From: SAR324 cluster bacterium
GTDB lineage: Bacteria > SAR324 > NAC60-12
NCBI GenBank assembly: GCA_029245725.1
Contig: JAQWOT010000148.1
Span: forward strand, 50,918-114,917
Reading direction: 5' to 3'
DNA: 64,000 bases
A program made the translations under genes and the position numbers. This document shows, piece after piece, positions 18,126 through 25,987 of the stretch. How positions within the stretch are numbered: position 1 is the first letter of the stretch; each line of letters starts with the position of its first letter. The notes beneath the pieces are model-generated. The model searched no databases and had not been told where the DNA came from. It saw only the letters and a program-made list of their open reading frames with translations.

Positions 18126-18698
18126 TCAGGCGCTAGGAGAACCCTGAAGATTTGCGACAACTTGGTTCATTGTGCGCTGGTAGAAATCCAACCCCTGTCC
18201 CTGTGCGTAGAGAATCGCACCCTTCATGGAGGACAGGACAAGGTTTGCTTGATCCTTGGTTTCACCTACAAAGAACAATTCCTCGCTGGATCGGCCATCT
18301 TCGAGAATCGAGGTCAGCATAGATATCTCAGTCTCTTCAATCTTGGTCAGCACTCCCTTCATTTCTTCGTTAATGTTCCAACGATCTGCTTGGAATGAAC
18401 TCACAGGACAGATTTTTTTCTCTTCAATCGATTTGACTCCCAGATCCAAAAAAGCCTGAAGCTTCTGGAGGGAATTCATTCTGGAATTCCTTAATTGATT
18501 TTCAATATCTTTAGCGAGCTCGAATCGATACTTCAAGTAAGCCAAACCCAGTTCCTGCTTTTTCGGGAAATGGTGGTGGATACTGGCCTTACGGATCCCC
18601 AGCCGCAAGGATAAATCATTATAGCTGAAGCTGTCATAGCCTTTGGTCTGAATCATTTCCCCAGCTAGCATGAGAATTTCTGACTGCCTCTCTCTCAT
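18126..18698 (-). CDS. TetR/AcrR family transcriptional regulator
   Basis: N-terminal HTH GYDSFSYNDLSLRLGIRKASIHHHFPKKQEL is the TetR signature. 190 aa. Confidence 0.85.
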   Translation of the reverse strand: MRERQSEILMLAGEMIQTKGYDSFSYNDLSLRLGIRKASIHHHFPKKQELGLAYLKYRFELAKDIENQLRNSRMNSLQKLQAFLDLGVKSIEEKKICPVSSFQADRWNINEEMKGVLTKIEETEISMLTSILEDGRSSEELFFVGETKDQANLVLSSMKGAILYAQGQGLDFYQRTMNQVVANLQGSPSA

Positions 18699-18733
18699 AT
18701 TTCTCCGTTTACTTCCAATGTGTGTTGAATGAT

Positions 18734-18778
18734 ATTGATTAGTTTGAAATCAATTATCCTAACTACTAAGTAGTAGTT
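18734..18778. promoter_or_regulatory. two inverted repeats upstream of the TetR gene (candidate operators)
   Basis: ATTGATT-agtttga-AATCAAT (18734-18754) and AACTACTA-ag-TAGTAGTT (18761-18778), 40-80 bp upstream of the TetR start in an AT-rich intergenic region. Confidence 0.35.
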
Positions 18779-18883
18779 TTCTCTCATACTAACAGAAAAA
18801 TTGTGATATTTGAATATGTTTTTATATCTCTCCCTTAATTTATTATAATAAATATTAAGCTCTCTTTCATTATACTCATAATA

Positions 18884-20287
18884 TCAAGTAACATTAAAAA
18901 CACCTCCCATTCCTGAGATATGGTGCTCCAACATATGGCAGTGGAAGAGCCAAAGCCCAGGATTGTCTGCCACGAAAAAGAGGTGGGCCTGCTCTCCCGG
19001 ATCCATCAAATAAGTGTCTCTTTTTTGTGGCAAAATGGTTCCTTTTCCCTCAATCCAAAAGTGATGTCCATGTAAGTGTATCGCATGTGGCCAAGCCGTA
19101 TCATTCCAGAGTTCCAAAGCCACCCATTCTCCCAGCTCAAGGTCCGCAATGCGGCTGGTCGCCTGCATCATTTGACCGTTGAAAGCCCAAACTTTCTGGT
19201 GTTGTCGCACGGCTTCCTGAAGCGGAATGGTTTCTCCCTGGTATGTTACCTCACGCAAATTGCCCATTGCTCCCCCCTGCATATGAATGGGAATACGCCG
19301 GGCCTGCTGCAACTCCAACTTCGGTAGTGGCACCGATGGCAAGCGCAGTGCCGGCCTTGGGAAGGAAAATCGAGTGGTTACATCCGGAACAAAAGAGGCA
19401 GCAGTCAGAGTTTGGCTCGTGCTGACTTCCTGTAACTTAAATACATCAGGTCCTGCATCCACCAAAACATCCATCCGTTGAGCGGTCGCCAACTCTAACC
19501 CACGCTCATCAAGGGGAAAGGGCTCACAGGGGTAACCATCCAGCGCAATCACTGTTCCCTGAGAACCTTCCAGCTTTAGCCGAAGAACTCGAGCATTGGC
19601 AGCGTTGATCAGGCGCAAGCGTAAGCGGCTCCCACCAGAGATAGGAAATTGAGGTTGTAGCCGCCCGTTGATCGTGAACCAACTTCCCAATCTGCCGTTG
19701 TGAGACCAGTCGTGCATATTGCGGAAGGACGCTTCATCAATCTGCGCATTCTCATCTAGCCGCCAATCGTCCATGATCAGCACCAACTCCTGGTCAACTT
19801 CGATATCATCGTTACCCTGGACAATCAACGGACCATACAACCCACGAGCAACCTGCTCCCAGGCCATCGTATGAGCGTGATACCAGTAGGTCCCGGCATC
19901 TTTCAACGGTACGGTGTAAGTGAATTCACCACCGGGCGGCACTGGATCCTGTGTCAAACCGGCGACTCCGTCCATCGCGTTGACATTCCGGATCCCATGC
20001 CAGTGAATGGTGCTGGGAACAGATAGCTGGTTCCGAAAGCGTACTTGCAACAGGTCACCCTGGTGGGCTTTCAGGAAAGGGCCACCCAGCCGATCATTGT
20101 AGAGCCAGAGACGAGTATCCGGATTATCTGGGCCAGCCAAGTTCTGCACACTCTCCTTGGCGGTGAGATCAAATTCTACGATTCGTTGTGATGCCTCAGC
20201 TCGAACAGAAGTGTGTTTTAGGAAGGGAGTCGTGGCGAGTAGACCAGACCACTTTAAAAGATCTCTGCGTTTCAATGGCTTTCTCAA
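18884..20287 (-). CDS. multicopper oxidase (CueO/CopA-like), Tat-secreted
   Basis: Tat signal RRDLLKW. Copper-site motifs HWHG, HAHT and HCHMLEHHISGM. 467 aa. Confidence 0.9.
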   Translation of the reverse strand: MRKPLKRRDLLKWSGLLATTPFLKHTSVRAEASQRIVEFDLTAKESVQNLAGPDNPDTRLWLYNDRLGGPFLKAHQGDLLQVRFRNQLSVPSTIHWHGIRNVNAMDGVAGLTQDPVPPGGEFTYTVPLKDAGTYWYHAHTMAWEQVARGLYGPLIVQGNDDIEVDQELVLIMDDWRLDENAQIDEASFRNMHDWSHNGRLGSWFTINGRLQPQFPISGGSRLRLRLINAANARVLRLKLEGSQGTVIALDGYPCEPFPLDERGLELATAQRMDVLVDAGPDVFKLQEVSTSQTLTAASFVPDVTTRFSFPRPALRLPSVPLPKLELQQARRIPIHMQGGAMGNLREVTYQGETIPLQEAVRQHQKVWAFNGQMMQATSRIADLELGEWVALELWNDTAWPHAIHLHGHHFWIEGKGTILPQKRDTYLMDPGEQAHLFFVADNPGLWLFHCHMLEHHISGMGGVFNVT

Positions 20288-20363
20288 TTGTCCTGTTGTG
20301 TTTCAGATGAAAATTGAACTTGAAATTAGAATAGCAGTTCATCATTGTAAGACGCAACAATAT

Positions 20364-20383
20364 ACCCTATACGGGTATAGGGT
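20364..20383. promoter_or_regulatory. perfect palindrome ACCCTATAC-gg-GTATAGGGT in the divergent MCO/copC promoter region
   Basis: 9-bp perfect arms with a 2-nt spacer, centred between the MCO start (20287) and the copC start (20463). Confidence 0.4.
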
Positions 20384-20462
20384 TCATGAATGATGATCTA
20401 GAAGCTTTGCACTAAAAAAGTATTTTCAATTCGAATACACAAACCCCACAACGAAATAGCTC

Positions 20463-20834
20463 ATGGCAAGCCTCACTAAAAAATGGTCCAATTTTCAGCT
20501 CCTAGTCACAAGTATCCTAGTGCTTTTTTGGGCTGGGTTGGGCTGGGCTCACTCCAAGCAGGAATCCACAGTTCCAGCTAACAATGCGGTTCTAATGGAA
20601 GCTCCAGCAGAGTTGGTTCTGAATTTCGACAAACCCATGCGGATCACCAAGCTAGCGTTATCTGATCAATCTGGCAAAGACTACGAAGTTCAACGCACCG
20701 ATCAGATGAAGCATGTTCTGAAGCTAGTTGCTCAATTGGATCCTGTGCCCAATGGTGAATACAAGGTAGATTGGAGGGGACTTTCAGAAGATGGGCATCC
20801 AATGAAAGGAACCTTCTCTTTCACCCTGAAGTGA
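20463..20834 (+). CDS. copC: CopC periplasmic copper-binding protein
   Basis: Signal peptide, then mature N-terminus HSKQ.. . CopC-fold motifs including WRGLSEDGHPMKGTFSF. 123 aa. Immediately followed by copD. Confidence 0.75.
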   Translation: MASLTKKWSNFQLLVTSILVLFWAGLGWAHSKQESTVPANNAVLMEAPAELVLNFDKPMRITKLALSDQSGKDYEVQRTDQMKHVLKLVAQLDPVPNGEYKVDWRGLSEDGHPMKGTFSFTLK

Positions 20835-21718
20835 TTCTGCAAGAGATCTGGTTGGCCTTGGAGGCTCTCGATGAATTTTCTCTCAGTACTATCGCTGCTA
20901 AGACGCTGGCCTACTGGACCACTCTAGTGGCTGCTGGCTCAGCGCTGAATTTGCTCTGGCTCCATGAAACGGCTCCTCAAGTGATCCCGCTGCTTCGTTG
21001 GTTTGGCCTAATCTGCGCTGTCCTTGCGTTGCTTCTCAACTTCTCACTGATACCCTTACAAGCAAGCTACTTGATGGGAGAATGGTACGCCTTTCAAGAC
21101 CCGATGATGCTCCAGGTTGCCTGGGAAAGTCCCCTTGGTGACAGCCTCCTTTTACGGGGGATTGGGCTCCTATTACTGCTTTTCATCATTCGTCCAAGCA
21201 CGTTGACTCGGGGTATCTCTGTTCTTGGATGTGGTCTGATTGCCCTCTCCTTTGCCTTTCAAGGACACTCTCTCTCTGAACCACGCTGGCTACTAGTGAG
21301 CTTGATCACTCTTCATCTGCTTGGTTTGAGTTTCTGGATTGGGGGATTTGCTCCCTTGGCAAAACTGGCCAAACTACAAGAATCCGTGACAGGAGCAGCT
21401 GCTCAACAATTTGGAAAGATTTCCGTTTGGAATGTACTTTTGCTAGCGCTGGCAGGATCTGCATTACTCTGGTTTTTGACGGAGGGCAATTGGAATGTCC
21501 TGTGGACCGCTTACGGTCAACTTTTTGTTCTCAAGCTTCTTGGATTTCTGGGGTTGCTTGGACTGGCTGCATTGAACAAACTGGCTCTGACTCCAGCTTT
21601 GCTGCGAAATGATCCAAAAGCCTACGGTAGACTTCGTCTGTCCATCTCCATTGAGATGTTTTTTGCTCTATTAATTCTGGTGATTACGGCAACGCTAACC
21701 ACCGTAGGAATAGAATAA
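20831..21718 (+). CDS. copD: CopD copper resistance inner-membrane protein
   Basis: Polytopic membrane protein. An in-frame GTG at 20831 overlaps the copC stop (GTGA). The ORF-track ATG at 20771 would overlap copC by 64 nt. Confidence 0.75.
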   Translation: MILQEIWLALEALDEFSLSTIAAKTLAYWTTLVAAGSALNLLWLHETAPQVIPLLRWFGLICAVLALLLNFSLIPLQASYLMGEWYAFQDPMMLQVAWESPLGDSLLLRGIGLLLLLFIIRPSTLTRGISVLGCGLIALSFAFQGHSLSEPRWLLVSLITLHLLGLSFWIGGFAPLAKLAKLQESVTGAAAQQFGKISVWNVLLLALAGSALLWFLTEGNWNVLWTAYGQLFVLKLLGFLGLLGLAALNKLALTPALLRNDPKAYGRLRLSISIEMFFALLILVITATLTTVGIE

Positions 21719-21836
21719 AATAAATAGTTACAATCAAAACAACTGCTTTGTTGAAGAGATCTTTGTCGAATTTTAACAATACAGTGGTGCGGGATTATTA
21801 TTTTTCACTGCCTTTAATTCATTTTCCATATTCATC

Positions 21837-22190
21837 GTGAATATCACTTCTACTACTTATTTTCGCCTGTTAGTGGTGCTGCTAGTTTTCAATGCAAACT
21901 GCATTGCACCGCCCATCTCAAAAGGATCTTTCTCGGCATATCAGGATCTGACTGTGGCAGCTAGCAGCATGCATCACAATTCAGAGAGCGAACACGATTC
22001 TAGTCCTAACAGTCACTCAGCTCAGCAACACAATCATTCTGTATCTTGCGCAGATTGCCCACTGATTGAAGCCATTCAACCAGTCCAAATTATCTTCCAG
22101 AAGATTCTAATAATTTGGGGGATCAAGCCATCCCTAATTTCCATACCTTACGAAAACATCACACCTCCCCCTGAAAGACTCCGTTTCTAA
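21837..22190 (+). CDS. small secreted His-rich protein with a CADC motif (putative metal-binding, DUF2946-like?)
   Basis: 117 aa with a signal-like N-terminus, His-rich segment HHNSESEHDSSPNSHSAQQHNHS and CADC. Lies inside the copper island. Confidence 0.35.
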   Translation: MNITSTTYFRLLVVLLVFNANCIAPPISKGSFSAYQDLTVAASSMHHNSESEHDSSPNSHSAQQHNHSVSCADCPLIEAIQPVQIIFQKILIIWGIKPSLISIPYENITPPPERLRF

Positions 22191-22280
22191 TTGTGTGCGG
22201 CACTTGCCGTTAATCCTATTCTGAACACGGAGCTATCTATGTCGATTCTGGATTTTCGTGTGGGTCCACGAGGCCTGCGC

Positions 22281-23624
22281 ATGACTGCAGTACTGTGTGT
22301 ACTGTTGCTCTTCAAAGTCCAAACTGTTTCTGCACAATCTACCTGGCAAGATGCCAACCGCCTTGTAGATGCCCTGGGCGGTTGGCGCACTTACCTCCAG
22401 GAGCGTGCAACTGCACCTGAAAATTATCCTAAAATTCCAAGCACTGAGGAGATGATACGTCTCAAAGAGGTGCTTGAATTCCCTAACTCTACTGTTGAGC
22501 GAGTTGCCCAGCGTCGGCTGGAAAGTGAGCGGGCAAGAATTCGTTCTGCTCCCCTCTCTCCACCAACATTGAGTTATGCAGTCACTGAAAGTGAGGATGA
22601 ACGCAGTCAGGAGTGGGGCATTCATCTTCCTATTGGGGCGTGGTTTGAACGCTCCAGCAGCCTAGCTTCTGATGATCGTAGCTGGGGAACTGCATTATCA
22701 GAAGCATTGCGGTTGGAAAGTCTTCACAGTCGTTCGCTGTCCTACGCTGAGGCTGTAGCTGCCAAAGCAGAACTGATTCAGACACTCGACCGACTGGAAA
22801 TCAGCAGAATTTTGGAAGAATTCCTGAAACGTCAACGCTCAATTCAAGCAATTCCTGAAGGTGAGCTCCTAGCGATCCGAATGGAACTGGTTGATGCAGA
22901 AGCCCAGGCAGATCTAGCGAACGCTCGACTGCTACGAACGCTCGAAGAACTTGCTTATCAGCTTGGACTCTCTGTCGAAGAGACAGACTCCCTTGTAGAC
23001 AGACTCCCCCTTGAACCCGAAGTGATCCCCGAGTTGCACACTGTTCCAAAGGTAAGACTGGATCTTCAACAAAGCAGAGATCTGATTGCCTTGCGTGAAT
23101 CGGAACAGGGGCGAGCAACCGTTAGTCAATGGATGGGAGGTTTGGAACTCGGCTGGATGCAGGAACAAAGTGACGCAGGTCATGAATCACGGACGGTTGA
23201 AATTAGCTGGCGGCTGCCCTTTGGTGGAGAAGGGAGCAAGCGCTCCCAGATCAGTCAGTTTCAATTGGAAGAGGCTCAGGCCGAACTAGAATTGCGACAT
23301 TTGCAGATCAAGCAAGAGCAGCGGGAAGTTGAGCGCCAAAAAGAGATTGCAAACAACCATCTGATTCGCGCCAAAGCAGGCCAGGAAGATGCCGAACTTT
23401 GGATGGAGGAACAACTCTACCGCTACAACGGAATGCTGATTGGTCCTCATGAACTGCTCCAAGCCGCCAGTCGACTGCGTAGTGCACGGAGTCGACTGAT
23501 TCAAGCACAGCAAGGCCAATTTATCGCCCAGATCCAGGCTCATTTTAGCCAAGCCATTGCAATCAATCTACAACCTAATGCCACTGCTGCTCCAATGGAG
23601 TCTGCAGCCAGCGGTGGCCACTAA
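22281..23624 (+). CDS. outer membrane efflux protein (TolC/OEP family) candidate
   Basis: Start at MTAVLCVLLLF (signal peptide). About 447 aa with long coiled-coil-type repeats (LLRTLEELAYQLG, LELRHLQIKQEQ, LLQAASRLRSARSRL) as in outer membrane factors. Assignment moderate. Confidence 0.5.
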   Translation: MTAVLCVLLLFKVQTVSAQSTWQDANRLVDALGGWRTYLQERATAPENYPKIPSTEEMIRLKEVLEFPNSTVERVAQRRLESERARIRSAPLSPPTLSYAVTESEDERSQEWGIHLPIGAWFERSSSLASDDRSWGTALSEALRLESLHSRSLSYAEAVAAKAELIQTLDRLEISRILEEFLKRQRSIQAIPEGELLAIRMELVDAEAQADLANARLLRTLEELAYQLGLSVEETDSLVDRLPLEPEVIPELHTVPKVRLDLQQSRDLIALRESEQGRATVSQWMGGLELGWMQEQSDAGHESRTVEISWRLPFGGEGSKRSQISQFQLEEAQAELELRHLQIKQEQREVERQKEIANNHLIRAKAGQEDAELWMEEQLYRYNGMLIGPHELLQAASRLRSARSRLIQAQQGQFIAQIQAHFSQAIAINLQPNATAAPMESAASGGH

Positions 23625-23637
23625 TTCAGGAAATCAA

Positions 23638-25011
23638 ATGAACACACGAAGACAATTCTTGGGAGGCCTAGCTTTGACCGGTGGCCTCGCTGCATTGAGT
23701 CACAAGGCTTTGGCAAACATTCCTGAAATTCAGACACGCAATGAACCAACGACTGCCCAACCTGTGGTAGATGAAAGTTGTGAGGTAAATTACTTACCTG
23801 TAACTACCTTAAACGGTTGGACTCTGGAGCCACGATGCCGTGATGGATTTAAGGAGTACCACTTGGTCGCCGAACCAGTTTTGCGGGAATTGGCGCCAGG
23901 AACTGTGGCTCACCTATGGGGATATAATGGTTCTAGCCCTGGCCCTACAATCGAGGTGATCGAAGGGGACCGAGTTCGGATCTATGTGACTAATCGTCTA
24001 CCGGAACACACCAGTATTCATTGGCATGGTCAACGACTACCCAATGGAATGGATGGTGTGGTTGGTCTGAACCAAGAAGGTATTCCACCAGGAAAAACTT
24101 TTCTCTATGAGTTCGAAGCCAAACGACCTGGCACCTTCATGTACCACCCTCATGCCGATGAAATGACGCAGATGGCAATGGGTATGATGGGATTTTGGGT
24201 GACTCATCCTCGACAACCACATCCTTGGATTGAAGAGGTAGATCGAGATTATTGTTTCCTCCTCGGTGCATACGACATTGAACCAGGAGCTGCCGTGCCC
24301 AAGGTAAACACGATGCTCGAGTTCAATCTCTGGACCTGGAACAGTCGGATATTCCCCGGCCTTGATCCATTGGTGGCTGGACTGAACGAACGTGTCAGGA
24401 TTCGCATCGGCAATCTGACAATGACAAACCATCCAATCCATCTTCACGGACATGAATTTGAGGTGACCGGAACAGATGGAGGACCAACAAGACCCGAATC
24501 ACGCTGGCAAGAGGTGACCACTGACATTGCAGTCGGTCAGATGCGGCAGCTTGAATTCATTGCTTCTGAGGAAGGTGACTGGGCCTTTCATTGCCACAAG
24601 AGCCATCACACGATGAATGCCATGGGGCATGCTGTTCCTACACTCATTGGTGTGGACCATCGAGGTATAGCCGGCCGGATTGCCAGAATGGTTCCGGGCT
24701 ACATGGCCATGGGAGAACGTGGTATGGCGGATATGACAGAAATGGAGATGGCAATCCCTGAAAACACGGCGCCAATGATGACTGGAGAAGGTCCATTCGG
24801 CAGCGTCGAAATGGGAGGCATGTTCAATGTGGTCAAGGTTCGCAGTGACTTGCCCAAAGGAGTCTATAGCGACCCAGGTTGGTATGCTCAGGGACCGAGG
24901 GCAGATTTGGTATCTGTTAGTCCAAAGATTGAACGGTCAAGCCAAAGAAACCAATCCAGTGTTGTTAATGAGTATTTTGCAAGAAAACCAATGTTTAATT
25001 CGAAAGGATGA
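23638..25011 (+). CDS. multicopper oxidase (CopA-like), Tat-secreted
   Basis: Tat signal MNTRRQFLGG. Motifs HWHG, HPHADE, HLHGHEF and HCHKSHH. Confidence 0.9.
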   Translation: MNTRRQFLGGLALTGGLAALSHKALANIPEIQTRNEPTTAQPVVDESCEVNYLPVTTLNGWTLEPRCRDGFKEYHLVAEPVLRELAPGTVAHLWGYNGSSPGPTIEVIEGDRVRIYVTNRLPEHTSIHWHGQRLPNGMDGVVGLNQEGIPPGKTFLYEFEAKRPGTFMYHPHADEMTQMAMGMMGFWVTHPRQPHPWIEEVDRDYCFLLGAYDIEPGAAVPKVNTMLEFNLWTWNSRIFPGLDPLVAGLNERVRIRIGNLTMTNHPIHLHGHEFEVTGTDGGPTRPESRWQEVTTDIAVGQMRQLEFIASEEGDWAFHCHKSHHTMNAMGHAVPTLIGVDHRGIAGRIARMVPGYMAMGERGMADMTEMEMAIPENTAPMMTGEGPFGSVEMGGMFNVVKVRSDLPKGVYSDPGWYAQGPRADLVSVSPKIERSSQRNQSSVVNEYFARKPMFNSKG

Positions 25012-25538
25012 TCATGAAAAAAAGAAGTTTGCTTCTCGGGCTTAGTCTACTGACGGCTGTCTCCCCTGTTTCACTTATTGCCGGACCAGGGCATGGAAAT
25101 GAAGAGCATTCCGAAGGGTTTTTTACCCGACTCAAAAATGCAGTTTTTGAAAGTTATGGTGAACAACTTCCCTTCGGTAGGGTTGGAAAGAGCAGTGAAG
25201 TCAGTAAGAAAGTCGCAATTGAGTTGAACGATCAGTTTCGATTTTCCCCTGAGGTGATCCCGGTGGCTGTTGGAGAAACGCTTCAACTGGATTTTAAGAA
25301 TACTGGCCAAATACGACACGAATGGGTCATTGGAACTCCATTTGAAATTTCGGAACATCTAGAATTGATGCGCCGTTTCCCGGATATGGAGCATGATGAA
25401 CCGCACAATGTTCACGTCGATCCTGGCCAGTCACACACACTGGTCTGGCAGTTTAATCGTCAGGGTCGTTTTGAATATGCTTGCTTGCTGTCAGGCCATT
25501 ATGAAGCAGGCATGCGTGGATTTGCGGAGGTAAAATGA
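25008..25538 (+). CDS. cupredoxin-like blue copper protein
   Basis: Signal peptide. Type-1 Cu ligand spacing H...C(Y-A-C-L-L-S-G)H....M at the C-terminus. ATGA overlap with the upstream MCO gene. Confidence 0.65.
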   Translation: MIMKKRSLLLGLSLLTAVSPVSLIAGPGHGNEEHSEGFFTRLKNAVFESYGEQLPFGRVGKSSEVSKKVAIELNDQFRFSPEVIPVAVGETLQLDFKNTGQIRHEWVIGTPFEISEHLELMRRFPDMEHDEPHNVHVDPGQSHTLVWQFNRQGRFEYACLLSGHYEAGMRGFAEVK

Positions 25539-25825
25539 AGGCAGTTAAATCACTATTGCTACTAGGAATTTTCCTGCTTCCACAATTATTGTGGGCTCAG
25601 GAATGGGTGGATGGGACCATCCGCAGAATTGACACTTCTGGTCAAAAAATGACCATTAAACATGAGGAAATCAAGGAATTATTGATGCCTCCCATGACAA
25701 TGGTCTTTCGGCTCAAAGACCCAATGTGGACTGTTCAGTTCAAGGTAGGAGATCCTATTCGATTCCGAGTGATAGACTTGGGGAATGGACGGCTACAGGT
25801 CATCGAACTAGAGAGAAAACAATGA
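25535..25825 (+). CDS. CusF-like periplasmic Cu(I)/Ag(I)-binding protein
   Basis: 96 aa with a signal peptide. MTIKHEEIKELLMPPMTMVF matches the CusF metal-site motif. ATGA overlap with the upstream gene. Confidence 0.7.
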   Translation: MKAVKSLLLLGIFLLPQLLWAQEWVDGTIRRIDTSGQKMTIKHEEIKELLMPPMTMVFRLKDPMWTVQFKVGDPIRFRVIDLGNGRLQVIELERKQ

Positions 25826-25842
25826 CCATTTAATTTTTCTAT

Positions 25843-25884
25843 GAATGAGGCTGGTGCAGTTTAGCTTCGAAATCAGCCTCATTC
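25843..25884. terminator. hairpin between convergent genes (candidate bidirectional terminator)
   Basis: GAATGAGGCTG-(20 nt)-CAGCCTCATTC, an 11-bp stem, between the CusF-like stop and the MFS stop. Confidence 0.4.
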
Positions 25885-25987
25885 GAATGAACTGCTTATG
25901 TGTCACAGTGACTTAGATAATTTACTTATCAATCGGGCGGATTACAGCAATTCTGTCCACCAAAGGACTAGAACAAGTGCTCCCGTT

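Noticed and set aside
22233-22625. 130-aa minus-strand ORF overlapping the TolC-like gene start
   Set aside because: Antisense to a coding region with a signal peptide, and it has no motif. It is a GC-frame artefact.
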